From: Eledone cirrhosa
Taxonomy: Eukaryota
DNA length: 64,000 nucleotides
NCBI GenBank assembly: GCA_964016885.1
Contig: OZ024740.1
Location: 165,106,001-165,170,000 of the forward strand
Direction of reading: 5' to 3'
Position 1 is the stretch's first letter; every line of letters starts with the position of its first letter. Positions 29,026 through 45,180 of this stretch are shown piece by piece. Position numbers and translations under genes: made by a program. Below the pieces are notes generated by a model. The model saw only the letters and a list, made by a program, of their open reading frames with translations, did not search any database and was not told where the DNA came from.

Positions 29026-29223
29026 TTATTTTTTATATATATGTGTGTGTGTGTATGTGTGTGTGTGTGTGTATATATATCTTTATATATGTGTATGTGT
29101 ATGTTCGTGTAGGTGTATGTGTGTGTATGACTATATATGTATGTGTGTATGTGTGTATGTGTATATATATCTATGTGTGTGTACATGTATGTATGTGTAT
29201 GTATGTGTATGTGTGTATATGTG

Positions 29224-29298
<75 letters not shown>

Positions 29299-29615
29299 GT
29301 ATATGTTTCTCTATTTGTATATGTATATGTGTATAGGTATATACCTTTTTCTTTGTATGTTTGTGTTGTGTGAGAGTGTAGTGGTGTTTGTATGTATATA
29401 CCGATATATAGATGCGTAAGTATTTGTCTGTATGTATGTATGTCTGTATGTATCTGTGTGTATATATAGGTATGTATGTGTATATCTGTATGTATATAAG
29501 TATGTAAGTGTATGTATATGTGCGTGTATGTGTGTATATATATGTGTGTCTATATAGTATGTGTGATTATATGTGTATGTATGTGTGTATATATATATAT
29601 ATATGTATATGTATA

Positions 29616-29649
<34 letters not shown>

Positions 29650-29796
29650 TATTTATATGTATGTGTGTATATGTATGTATGTGTATATATGTATATGTTT
29701 ATATATGTGTGTGTATGTATGTTCTAAGTGTGGATGTGTGTATATGTATGTATGTGTTTGTATATGTGTATATATATATATGTGTGTATATGTGTG

Positions 29797-29844
<48 letters not shown>

Positions 29845-30471
29845 CTTGATATATTTCTTTTTTCTTTTTTCTTTTTCTTTTCTTTCCTTTTTAATGTTTA
29901 TTTATTATTTATTATTTTTTATTTTCTTAGTTTATAGATACATCTATATTAAGCAGTCTGCCCAAACCGTTGAATACTGACCTCTCCCCCCCTCCCACCT
30001 AATTTCTGTATCTTGATCTAAATGTGTGTGCCAGTGTTTATGTGAGTGAATTAATATCCATGTGCTTAGGATTTTATATCCACATATATATATGTGAGTG
30101 GGGGTGTGTGTGTGTTTGTATGTTCGTAGTTATGTGTATGTTTATGCATATACGCGCGTGTGTGTGTGATTGTACGGATATGTGTGAGTATGAGATTATG
30201 TGTATACACTTATTTCCTATTTATGTGTCTATACGCATCTTATCTGTGCATTATAAACTTACAGAGACATTAACCTTGAAATTTTGTATTTGCATCCATC
30301 CTTTTGGTATGCGTATACAAGTTGTGCATACATTTTTGTAAAATATGTGTAAGGGTAGTTACATATATATACACACACCGAACTGCATTAAACCTTTTGT
30401 ATTTTCATTGGTCAATTTTGTTCCCAAACGGACCTGAAATTTTGAATTGTTGTTATTATCAATAAATATAT

Positions 30472-30625
30472 TTCATTATTTCTGAAGACGGCGTATATAT
30501 GTGTTGGTATGTATATTTAATCTTGATAGTTTGTATAATTTTGTATAATTTTGTACATAGATCTGTTGAATATGCATGCCAATTCTAACACATATATATC
30601 CTAGAAACGATCGTTAAATAATGAA
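30472..30625 (+). ncRNA. Type I hammerhead ribozyme with ~115-nt stem II
   Basis: ttcattattt-CTGAAGA-[115 nt; tatatatgtgttgg pairs with ctaacacatatata]-GAAAC-GATC-GTT-aaataatgaa; perfect 10-bp stem I. Confidence 0.82.
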
Positions 30626-30818
30626 CTTTTTTTGTTTAATATAAGGAACTGTTTCATTGTTTATTCATTATTTGTTTAATATTTTATCTTGACTCTGTAT
30701 ACCGTTTATCTTTCACCGAAAGTGATTTTTCATTACATCTCTTCTTTCCATGATATCCGGAATACATTGAGTTCTTCATACGGATTGGACACTACCGTAA
30801 ACTCTTGGTAGATTTATC

Positions 30819-32141
<1,323 letters not shown>

Positions 32142-32583
32142 CTGGTATCTCGAATTAGTGCCATTGAACCACATGTATTATAAACAACTTGAATATTTCT
32201 ACAAGTACATTGTGCCTGTTGAGGTATCCATCCACTTCTATATATATATATATATATAAGTATAAAGTAAGTGCTCAAGCGCAGAAATGCTATAAAGATA
32301 TCTTATAAAATAAGCTAAAGACTTTTTAAAAATAGAAAAAGAAGTTACCATCGGCCACTATGAGGAATTTAGCTCAATAACTTCTAGATACCGACTAGAT
32401 GCTTTCACCAGTAATAAGCTAAGGAGCCATGACAAGTAAATTTCCTTCATTTAACTAGATAACCGGACAACAACTTTCAGCTCTAATCAGACACGCAAAC
32501 AAATTGACAAAAAAATCATGCGTATGTAAACATACAATGTACGAAGCCGACATTTCGGTTTTTGAAGCGTTTAGTATATTTGA

Positions 32584-32635
<52 letters not shown>

Positions 32636-32639
<4 letters not shown>

Positions 32640-33248
32640 GGTGGCTGCCAACTCATTTTCGAGTACGGCCACTACTTTATATCCATGTAGGAGAACTCCT
32701 ACCGATGCGCTGAACGAGTGTGACATTTTAGTCCAGCCAGCGACTTGAACACTCTGGTACAAACACTAAACTTGTGACAATTATTGGCACATAGTGCTGG
32801 GCCCATGGTACCATGTGACGTTAAGTGCAGAGAGGTCTCCAGATATAAAGCAATGCCTGTGCCGTGAAGCTTTTATAGTGAGCAAAGGCACTGCACAATG
32901 CCAGTCCCACTCTCTTAATCAAGATGATATTTACCAAAAAGAAGAACAAGTCAACATCATTGGATACCATCAGAGTTGCAGGTGTTATATCAGAGTTTTC
33001 CTTCTCGTAGAATTCTGCCTTGACAAAAGCTAAGGGGTCATCTCTCCTGGTGATTTTGGATGCCCATTGACTCTTAAGAGCTTCTTTGACCTTTGACAGG
33101 TTTTGTTTTTAGTCCTGCAGGATGTCCAAAGTCACCCTCCTCACCAAGAAACCTTGGTGGGGTTGCCAGTTTAGTCGCCAACGACCCGACCATGAGACAG
33201 GTTGTACTGGGATACATGTTACCAGTAGTACGAACTGGTGACCTGACA
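32636..33248 (-). mobile_element. ~610-bp unclassified interspersed repeat, copy 1
   Basis: Highly similar reverse-complement copy at 48243-48852; both lie in TA/TACA microsatellites. Confidence 0.85.
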
Positions 33249-33290
33249 TAATATATACATACACAATATATACATACATACATACATACA

Positions 33291-33324
<34 letters not shown>

Positions 33325-33331
<7 letters not shown>

Positions 33332-33729
33332 GTTAAACAAGATTCTGTCAAAGAATGAGTTTTACAGTAAATTGGAAGCACTCAACGGTAAAAGAATTTT
33401 CAGGAGTTATTAATATTAATATATAAGTATTAATAAAATAGATGTTCTTTTGATCAATAACATTTTATTATACATATTTAAGATGTACGACAGTACGTCC
33501 TCATCAGACAAAATATAATGATACATGACATAACCTGAGATGTTAAATGGTTAAGATTTAATCAAGGTAGACTACCTTGATTAAATCTTAACCATTTAAC
33601 ATCTCAGGGTATGTCATGTATCATTATATTTTGTCTGATGAGGACGTACTGTCGTACATCTTAAATATGTATAATAAAATGTTATTGATCAAAAGAACAT
33701 CTATTTTATTAATACTTATATTTTAATAT
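33325..33729 (-). mobile_element. Shorter fold-back copy of the 30900 family; ~150-bp near-perfect palindrome with a 1-nt spacer
   Basis: Arms at 33421-33570 and 33572-33721; same terminal sequence as 30900-31000. Confidence 0.85.
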
Positions 33730-33829
33730 ATATATATATATATAGTTTCGTTGACAAATTTATCAATGTGCCTAGACACGCAGATATATTGCCCTTGGTA
33801 TTTCTAAGCACTCTTTGGTTATTCCTAAA

Positions 33830-33872
<43 letters not shown>

Positions 33873-34429
33873 TGGCCGATGGCAAATACTTTTTCCGTCT
33901 TTTAAGGGTCTTTATTAATATACATATAAATGATTATAATGGAGTATTCCACTATTACTTTTGGTAATATTACTTAAGGTGAGAAAAGCTCAATGTAGGC
34001 TAAGAGTTCTTAGCAAATTACGGATTCAAAACAAACGAAATATTCGTCGAAGCTTAAAGGTCTTGTTATTGGGAACAATGAGGTATAGAAGAGCATAAAG
34101 AAACCAAGATAAGCAAATCCTTTTTTTAATTTCTACGTTCGTTTCTATACAGGTAATAATAGTACATGCAAATGCTTAGAATACGTTAATCAGAAATGAT
34201 AAGTTTTAAACAAATCATAATGCATATATCATCCGCACATCATCAGGACTTATTAAAAGGGATAGAATTTAACCAAATACAAATTTCAAGAACATTTCGC
34301 AATATCAAATGTGTCGGTATTAGCAAGCGCATAACGAGAAACCCAAGCGAAGCAAGGTAAAAGTACAAAGTTGTAAAGAATGTGCTTTCAGGTTAAAGTA
34401 AAAGGCGGTACTTCGTTATCATCACTAAT

Positions 34430-34527
34430 AATTGTTTCTACTTTAGGCACAAGGCCAGCAATTACCCAGTGCATTACTGGTACTTTATTTTATCGATCCC
34501 GTAAGGATGAAAGGCAAAGTCAACCTC
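34430..34527 (-). mobile_element. SINE family A, 3' fragment
   Basis: Reverse complement of the 3' half of 3575-3763. Confidence 0.8.
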
Positions 34528-35777
34528 GTACAAGCCTTTCATATATGCATGTATGTATTTATTTATGAATGTAGGTAGGCGTAGTAGAATGGTCAACAAA
34601 CAACCTTCACCATCATGGATTCGAACCCACAATGTCCCTAAACACACACCAACTTGACCTTTATGAGTGTAACTGGGTTGACAGGAATTGTGTATATGGC
34701 TGTCGAATTAAGATTTTCGTGTATATGTTGTGTCTATAGGCAAAATACTTTATTTCACGTTGCCCCAATTAGAAAACCCATAATTCAGAGGGCCACCTTT
34801 GTCACAATCTGTCACGTTGAATATCAATGAGAACTACAGATAGAATGCACGTGACATTGGAATGCTCAGCCACTCACATATTAATTTCATGAGCAGTCGT
34901 TTCCATTGATCAAACAAGCGGAACACACATCGTCTTAACTAAGTGGCGTCCAACACATATACGAATGTAATGTCTACAAAATCTCTTGTGAGAGTAAATG
35001 ATAGATGGTAAGAAACGTTTTATTGCATGATATGCGGTGATAAAAAAAAATGATATAATGTTGCAGTTATGAAATAGTAATCATGAGGGAGAGAACACAC
35101 TAAAGAAACAAGTGAGGCAAAAATAAAAGAATGATAAGAAACCCTACATTAATAAACTATGTTCAACGCTGTGATCCTTAGTGTGGACAGATAACTCTGA
35201 TTAAGAAAGCTAAATAATATACACGTGAGTGCATTTAGCGCAAACAAACTCGAGGAAAATTTACACTATAAATGTAAAATAAGATTTAATAAAATCAGAA
35301 ACGTCACTGGTATGATCCTGACTTTTAGTTTTCTCATGGTAAGCTGTAGTGGCTTAACAAAGAATATATATTTATTTACAAATAATTTAGTTAAGCGTTA
35401 CAAAATACTCGAAAATGACTATATACTTTGATTGCTTGTTGCAATTTGATATAATGACTTCCCAAAAGATAATGCATTTTATGATTAAAACAACGGAAGA
35501 TGAAATTCGGAGTGGATGAAACAAGATTCAACGTTCACTAAGACTCTAACGGCACCTTTCTCAGATTATGTATTGGTATATCATTTTCAATTCCTCCTAT
35601 TTTATTTTCACCGCTTTTACTTTGCACAAATGCATCAGCTTTTCCTAAATAGTATAAAGGTTTCCCACAGTTGCACTCGGACTGCCTGTCACATTCAGAA
35701 TAAGGAAATATAGTTTTGTTTCCGCTTTGAAGCCTTTACGTGGAGAAAACTATAATGAAATGTGTGTGTCTTTGGTT

Positions 35778-35900
35778 TTCACTGCTATGATAGTTTAATT
35801 GTTGTGATCTGTATACTGTGTACGTTCACTGCTATGCTAGTTAAATTGTTGCGATGTGTACGTTTACTGCAATGCTAGTTAAATTGTTGCGATGTGTTCG
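35778..35900. repeat. Minisatellite, about 3 copies of a ~38-bp unit
   Basis: ttcactgctatgctagttaaattgttgcgatgtgtacg repeated imperfectly. Confidence 0.8.
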
Positions 35901-36913
35901 TATTTGCTTGTGAATGAGTGTGCATATATATGTGTGTGCATATATGTGTTTGCATATATATGTCTGTTTACTTTACTAATAATTCGGTTTAGTCTCTTTT
36001 GGTGCGAATGAGACTATTTCCCCTTATCATTCTGCTTAGCTGAATCGCTATTACCTCGATGAGGCATACAGTTAACACAATAAATTTATGTAGTTTCATA
36101 ACATGCAACCACTTTCTGTTTGTACCCTCAAGATTTATATACATGTTTCTTTGTACTTACGACTGTCGTATAAAACATTTATTAGACCAACGTTTTTTGC
36201 AATAATTGTTCATATTACAGCCTGACCCTAATACAAGGACGTCATAGAGACATGACATAATTGCAATCCAAAAAACAATCAAACTCTATTTTAATCAAAG
36301 AGCAATTTGAGCAATATTTCTCTCTAAAAAAAAAATTAAAAAATGAGCGAATTTCCAAATTCCAGTCAGAGGCAAGGCAGTTACCGCAGTTCAAAATAAA
36401 AAAAATTGTGAAATCGATTCAGCTATAAACAAATCTTCTTAAATGCCCCAAATAAATATTCAATTTCTTTCATTTATACGACTACACGTGTGCGGAAAAT
36501 AAGGTGTATATATATATATATATATATACGTTTAAATTTGGTTGTTTACCAGTGGGAAGAATTGGTCATTCTGCAATGTTAACCATGTCGTAATATGCGA
36601 AAACAAACTCGACGTTCAATTCTGAGTCAAAAACATGATCCACACTCTTTCGTCTCTGTTTTTTCTCTACATTTTTCCGTAAGGTTTACCATCATTCCGT
36701 TGGTCTACATCTATTACGCAATTTGCACATGATGAGTTCACCTGGTTCTTACGTAACCTGGCCACGGAAATGTGTTTGCAGAAAGAAAAAATTAAGGAAA
36801 AATCAACATATTTGGCCTCCTGTCATTTCACTTTATAATATATAGATCTAGCTGTAGAAACGGCCGGTGCTCAGCCGTCGGGGCCCTGACTCTTTTCCTA
36901 TATACATATATAC

Positions 36914-37012
<99 letters not shown>

Positions 37013-37226
37013 GACTTTTATACAGAAATTTCTTCTACAGGAGTAGAACTTAGAACTGTTTCCTGCAGACGAAATCATCAGGAGGGAGAGCTTTTCTGAT
37101 GATATATTCTGAATAAAACAGTTATAGTTCTGTAGAAGTCATTCCTATATTAAACTTGTTGTTTACACCCTACTAATGTTTTGAGTAATTCACTAACTGT
37201 GGTTACCACCGATTAAACCCGGGATT

Positions 37227-37263
<37 letters not shown>

Positions 37264-37270
37264 AACACAC

Positions 37271-37312
<42 letters not shown>

Positions 37313-37329
37313 CATATATATATATATAT

Positions 37330-37478
37330 AGTGGTAGAACACTGGAAGGTAATATCCGTAGTGGTAGAGCACTAGGTCCATGGGACGTATAACCTATAAC
37401 CATGTCCATTACGAGCTGAGAATCCACTAAGGTGAAACAATTGTTCTCGGTATGGTGAACTAACTGTTGTTTAACCAC

Positions 37479-37482
<4 letters not shown>
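37330..37482. mobile_element. Rearranged pLTR fragment of the 6-kb PLE family with a hammerhead variant
   Basis: 37340-37387 resembles ~6030-6083 in the same orientation; 37393-37482 resembles ~6092-6180 inverted; cgag-CTGAGAA-tccactaaggt-GAAAC-AATT-GTT-ctcg. Confidence 0.75.
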
Positions 37483-37546
<64 letters not shown>

Positions 37547-37965
37547 GGATACTTCGTTTCTGAATTTGTTTAGCAAGATTCTTTATCTGAAATCGTGTGT
37601 TGAAACCGATATTGTTATACTTTGGGAGGGTCATGTTCCCAATAAGTGCGTGTGTTTCTTATTGGCAACATGACCCTCCCAAAGTATAACAATTAAGGAT
37701 ATTATTTATAGTTATGTATATTTTAAAAATATAAACAGGGAAGGTCAGTAATTTATTACTGCCTTATTACCAGTAAGATAAATAGCTCAATGTAAGAACA
37801 TCAGTTGTTTTACAGAGCAGTAATATAGAATTCACAAGAATGAAAGCTATGTTCAAAAGATTTATTCGCTGACAATTGTTTCTTCCAAACCTAGGCTTGG
37901 AGTTTTCGGAGCATTTTTAATGTTTGTACATTAAATTGACCTCCTACCCAACGCAAGAGACATAC

Positions 37966-38011
<46 letters not shown>

Positions 38012-38444
38012 ATGTACAGTGTGGAGTTGATGCGACATATAATATACTATACTATATTTGTACAGTAATTCAAATTAAAATCAAAATTTAAAAACAAGAT
38101 TAAATTACATGCGACAGATAACACAGGTAAAGCAAGAGAATAGTCTAATAATCAGATCAAATAGATAGTGTATGCGATAGTTATATATGGACAAGCAAAT
38201 GTGTCATTTATATATGAGTATTGTGTGGCAAGGTATTACATGTAATACAAGCACTTTAAAAACACATAGATACAACATTATTTCTCACAATATGACCATG
38301 AGGAAAAATAGTAATAAGAATAATAACCACACTCACACTAATACGAAGGGTAGCATCAAACGTAACTTGCACCAGAAAAGTCACCAAAATACTATAAACG
38401 GAAATACCTCAATAGATATAAAAAAACAAAAATAGAAGAAGAAC

Positions 38445-39270
38445 TAATACATTTTTCAATCCACCTTTCAATCTAAACATTTCTACTAACCTACCTAAGG
38501 CTTCTTCTCAATCCTGGATAAAAATTCCCATCTGGCTACAAGTACCATAGTCTTATAATAAGAACACCATTAAAATCTCCTACTCTACCACACCTAACGT
38601 AGCATACCACATAGCTAGAAGCAATAAAAGAAAGATTAATACTTACTTTCAACAAACTAAAACACAGCAGGGGTAAACTTTCAAAACAACATAATAACTG
38701 AAAACCCTGATAACAATAGTAATAATAATTAATAACACTAATGAAATCAATAGCATTAGGAACGATAACCTTCATAGCCCTAATGCAATACCTAGCAACC
38801 AGACTTCTACAGAACATAATAACCGACAAGATAACATCCCAAATAAATGTAACTGTAGTTCTAATAGAACCTACCCTTTAGGTAAAAACTGCCACATCAA
38901 GGACATCATTTACTCATGCACGGTCAACACTATCAACTCTTCTGAAACCTATATAGGCTCTACTTCGAACTGCTTCAAAAGAAGTTACAACTCACATCTC
39001 CATTCTTTCAAAAACACAATCTAGCCAACTCCACTTCACTATCTAGCTACATACACTATCTGAAAACTAGGAATAGAACATATACACTTCAATAGGAAGT
39101 GGTAGGTAAGGCTGCATCGTGTAAACCACCTAATAAATTCTGTAACCTCAGTCTACTAGAGACCCATACTATAATCTTTTTGAATCTTAACCTCCTTAAT
39201 AAAAAATCGGAGGTGTTTGCATCGTGCCAACACCGCTTCCGACACTCTTTCCAAAGCTTTAAACCTAGTA
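38445..39270 (+). pseudogene. Degenerate PLE GIY-YIG remnant
   Basis: FNPPFNLNISTNLPK, NKNTIKISYSTTPN, KCNCSSNRTYPLGKNC, IIY..TYIG, LLNKKSEVFASCQH. Confidence 0.85.
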
Positions 39271-40649
39271 TATAACAATGTCAGATTTGAACTCATCACC
39301 ACTTTTAGCACTTCACCTCAAGGTCTTGCCTTCCACCATTACACCACACCCTCTGATCCACCCTTTCCTCTACACAAACCATTCTATCTATATCTTTATA
39401 CCCTAGAAATATCCTTATAATCAACACCTTTTAATATAATTACTTTAGATTACTTATAATTATATAGTTATTGAAATATAATACAGTTTATATAAACTTT
39501 AAATATTAGATACAACAATGAATTATATATGCATTTGTAATTAATGTATAAATTAATAACATTGGGTATATATAGGATTAATATTGGGTATATATAGGAT
39601 TAATTTATTAACATAAGGGATTTGTCTAACTTATATGTAATATGAACAATGAATTATATATGGATTATATATGCATTTATAATTAAATGGATAGATTAAT
39701 AACATTGTATACGGGGATGAATTTGGTTGCTCAAGAGATGTATCTAATTTATCATTCAAACAGCTGTACGCTGTTCCATAGCTTACCAAGGGTTAGGTAG
39801 ACACAAATCTAATTGGACCTTTAATATGTTTTGAGAGTAGACTGTATTTAAGGTTAATTTGATATAAAGATATAGCACTTTGGGTGGTAAATTCAATTAT
39901 AGCACTATATAGTAATGAGTAAACAACTTCCTATTGAAACCTTTAATACATTATGAGAGAGTAGACTGTATTTAAAATTAAATTTAAATATATAACCTTT
40001 TATATATGGGACTCAATTGAGGCACCATATAATCTATGTTAGAACAATGAATTTAGTTATGAGAATCAGCTAGTTACCCCCTCCCCTTACGCATTAGCTC
40101 CCCTTAATTACATACCTACTTCCGTATATTAAACCGCTGTAAATCCTCGCAGCCGAAAGAACCTAGTCTATAAATATGGATTAAATAACACTGAGTTTCA
40201 ATCCTTTACTACAACAAACAAATACATCGTAACATATGTGATCGATGTGAAAACTATAACTTTCTTTTTCTGCACACATACTAATTTGTTCGATACAGAA
40301 AATACCCTCGCACTGCAACCACCGCTTAAGTGCTTGTATTACATGCAATACCTTGCCACACAATACTCATATATAAATGACACATTTGCTTGCTCCATAT
40401 ATGACTATCGCATACACTATCTATTTGATCTGATTATTAGACTATTCTCTTGCATTACCTGTGTTATCTGTTGCATGTATTTTAATCTTGTTTTTAAATT
40501 TTGATTTTAATTTGAATTACTGTACAAATATAGTATAGTATAATATATGTCGCATCAACTCCGCACTGTACATCAATATATATATATATATGTATCTGTA
40601 TGTCTCTTGCGTTGGGTAGGAGGTCAATTATATGTACAAACATTAAAAA

Positions 40650-40702
40650 TGCTCCGAAAACTCCAAGTCTAAGTCTAGGTTTGGAAGAAACAATTGTCAG
40701 CG
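40650..40702 (+). ncRNA. Hammerhead-like motif with CCGAAAA core (mirror copy at 37867-37913, minus strand)
   Basis: tgct-CCGAAAA-c tccaa..ttgga a-GAAAC-AATT-GTC-agcg followed by AATAAA. Confidence 0.55.
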
Positions 40703-40732
40703 AATAAATGTTTTGAACATAACTTTGATTCT

Positions 40733-40846
<114 letters not shown>

Positions 40847-40895
40847 TTATATATAAATATATACAGACATATGTGTGTATATATATATATATATA

Positions 40896-41803
40896 CCGTT
40901 AACTCTTCCTCACACTTTCACTCACTCACTGTTTTTCTCCCTCTTCTCTTCATTTCATCCTGCACTCACGAACGCTATATTTTTCTCTCTCTGCTCATAG
41001 CCCTCGTTCGTGTAGGTTCTATTCTCTAAGCGCTCATATATTCACCTAGCTTATGCTAAACAGAATAATTTTTGAAGCTTGTTTCTGTCCCCTACGGTAT
41101 GCTATACTTTCGGTTGTTCTCCTGTCTCACTCGCTTTACGCGTTTTAATTGTCCTAATAACTTATTTTGGTTATTATTGCACCGAAGTGAGATATATGAT
41201 TTTTAATGCAATGAAATATCTATGATCTTCGGCAAATCACTGATGAGGGACTTATTTTATTACATGTTATCCATGTGCTACCTGCAGTATTTTTCTCTAT
41301 ATTTTAATACATATATTTACCACTGCGATTCTGTGTTTTTTTCTCTCTCTCTTACTGTTCCTCCATTCTCTCTGTTTCTCCCCCTCTGTCTTGTCCGTTA
41401 ACTCTTCCTCACACTTTCACTCACTCACTCACTGTTTTTCTCCCTCTTCTCTTCATTTCATCCTGCACTCACGAACGCTATATTTTTCTCTCTCTGCTCA
41501 TAGCCCTCGTTCGTGTAGGTTCTATTCTCTAAGCGCTCATATATTCACCTAGCTTATGCTAAACAGAATAATTTTTGAAGCTTGTTTCTGTCCCCTACGG
41601 TATGCTATACTTTCGGTTGTTCTCCTGTCTCACTCGCTTTACGCGTTTTAATTGACCTAATAACTTATTTTGGTTATTATTGCACTGAAGTGAGATATAT
41701 GATTTTTAATGCAATGAAATATCTATGATCTTCGGCAAATCACTGATGAGGGCCTTATTTTATTACATGTTATCCATGTGCTACCTGCAGTATTTTTCTC
41801 TAT
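40896..41803 (+). repeat. Partial tandem direct repeat (~500-bp period, ~410 bp duplicated) in (TA)n
   Basis: ccgttaactcttcc... starts at 40896 and again at 41395; near identical; each copy has CTGATGA near its 3' end. Confidence 0.9.
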
Positions 41804-42130
41804 ATATATATATATATGGACATGTATATGTGTGTATGCGTGTGTCTAAAGTACAGCTCCAGAAATGAAGTTATTCAAATACTAATCTCCATTTCATCTT
41901 ATGAGTAAATCAAAGTAAATCAATAGAGGTGATTATAACTGATGAAGGCTACGAGCATAACATTTTCGAAAGTCATTCATCTTTGCAAATAAAATATGAT
42001 GAACTGAAACTTCGATCTCTTTCTTAATATATACATATATATATATGTATGGTATTAGGATTGGTGCTCTGAAATAGCGATGTATACATGCATGTATGTA
42101 TAGTATATTTGGTAATATACTTTTCTTCGA

Positions 42131-42197
42131 GGTGGGGAGTACGTTGCTTTGATGATCGCCAAGAACGTGAAACAGACAGTTTGTTAGCTTCTCTACC
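42131..42197 (+). ncRNA. Type I hammerhead candidate (U3.G8 core)
   Basis: gct-TTGATGA-tcgccaagaacgt-GAAAC-agacagttt-GTT-agc, with outer ggtggggag/ttctctacc pairing. Confidence 0.6.
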
Positions 42198-42336
42198 TTC
42201 TTTCGCCGAAGAAAAGAACTAAGTGACATAGTCACTACTTTAAAACTAATAGCGTATGGTCTTCAAAATGTTTTTAATTAAGCACACGGTATATTACCAA
42301 ATATACTATACAAACCTTCATATATATATATATATA

Positions 42337-42422
<86 letters not shown>

Positions 42423-42827
42423 AGTGGAAGCTTAGTAAAATAAAACCTTTGGCTGTGACCAAGCAAAGTCGACCTACAATAGGAATGAGTTAGCAAAGCA
42501 CTCAATAAGGGGAGGTCTTTAGAGTAATAACATACGTTTAAATAGCTTGACAAAATGAACATTGCGGTAGGCAAAACCTAACACACAATACCAAAGTAAC
42601 GGAAGAACTAAGAGGTTACAAAAACAGACCTGGACAAATCGGACGATATTCTGCAATACGTTCGAAGTGTTTCTATGAAATCCGAAATTTATCCAACTTA
42701 CGTGACATGCAAGCTTGTGGTATTCCATAATCGAACAGGGGATTCATTTCAGCAACAGGGATTCCGTTCTGCCTCGAACAGCCTTCAAACATTTCGTTGT
42801 CACGTGCTATTTCCAACAAGGGAAAAT

Positions 42828-42944
<117 letters not shown>

Positions 42945-43181
42945 TATAGATATATAGATATAGAATTAGTATATATACCAACATATGTACACAGATGTAT
43001 ACCCATGCTAGCAAATATATATGTTATGTCTTAGTACCTTTGTGGTTCTATGCAGGGGGATGCAGAACAATTATATGAAAGACATAAAATAAGAAAATTT
43101 TAAAAATTAAAAATTAACTTACTAAAATGTTCACCCTAACTAGAGAGAAGTCCTTACGTCATCAGGGAGTAGCTGAGAATA

Positions 43182-43265
43182 GACTCCCTGATGAAGTAAG
43201 GACTTCTCTCTAGTTGCATTGCGTAACTATATTTATTCCCTTACAGAAACTAATTAGTAGGAGTC
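43182..43265 (+). ncRNA. Type I hammerhead with extended stem II inside a fold-back insert (43075-43322)
   Basis: gactcc-CTGATGA-a gtaagg..tagtt..aacta..ccttac a-GAAAC-TAATTA-GTA-ggagtc; palindromic stem III. Confidence 0.85.
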
Positions 43266-43321
43266 AAAATTTTAGTAAGTTAATTTTTAATGTTTAAAAT
43301 TTTCTTATTTTACGTCTTTCA

Positions 43322-43357
<36 letters not shown>

Positions 43358-43418
43358 TGGACCTGTTATTTTTTCTAATTCCAACCCACCCGTCCCCACA
43401 ATCTATCTTATTTTTCAT

Positions 43419-43458
43419 TCTTTCATCTGATGACGGAATAGTGTCCGAAACGTTAAGA
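43419..43458 (+). ncRNA. Minimal hammerhead with loopless stem III (dimer-type)
   Basis: CTGATGA-c gga atagtg tcc-GAAAC-GTT-aaga; stem I is weak in this copy. Confidence 0.55.
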
Positions 43459-43507
43459 CTATCTACCTGCTATTATACTGTACCGATTGTGTTGTTATTT
43501 CTGTTGA

Positions 43508-44488
<981 letters not shown>

Positions 44489-44814
44489 TATATTCCCAAA
44501 AGGAGAGAAATCTAAGAACATACCTGCATTTTATTTCGTAGATGTGCTGGATAACCCACCATTGCCTGAAGCCCATCGATTTGTTTCAAAAATTGCAAGA
44601 TGTGAACTTCGCTGGTAAAAAGAAAACGAGAAATAATGAAGCACAAAATAAGAATGTTACACAGAAAACGTTTCTCATTTAAACATGTACACATATATAT
44701 ATATATATATACATACATACAGAAACACACACATACATACAGACACATATATGTATTTGTACATGCATATATAATATTTGTATAAATATACACACCCAGA
44801 AACACACGCACGCA

Positions 44815-44913
<99 letters not shown>

Positions 44914-44921
44914 GTATATAG

Positions 44922-45115
44922 AATTAGTTTCATAACAGTTACTTCACCATTTCCGAGAACAATTTGTTTCACCTTAGACGGAGAGCAGATGATCCGTTTA
45001 AGGTGAAACAAATTGTTCTTGGAAATGTGGAAGTAACTTTTGTGAAACTACTTCTACCAAACTTGACCCATGGACTGAGTGCTCTACTAACATAATCCAC
45101 CTGTGTTCTGTTATA
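44922..45115 (+). mobile_element. Fold-back pLTR fragment related to the 6-kb PLE, with a hammerhead variant
   Basis: gag-CAGATGA-tccgtttaaggt-GAAAC-aaatt-GTT-ctt at 44983-45022; inverted copy at 44922-44976; downstream gagtgctctac. Confidence 0.65.

Positions 45116-45180
<65 letters not shown>

Noticed and set aside
35778-35900. CRISPR-like array (also 3222-3316)
   Set aside because: Head-to-tail minisatellites without unique spacers, in a eukaryotic context with no cas genes
37045-37115. Hammerhead cores in a small inverted repeat
   Set aside because: CTGATGA and GAAAC occur on the minus strand, but stems I and II do not pair convincingly; kept only as a fold-back
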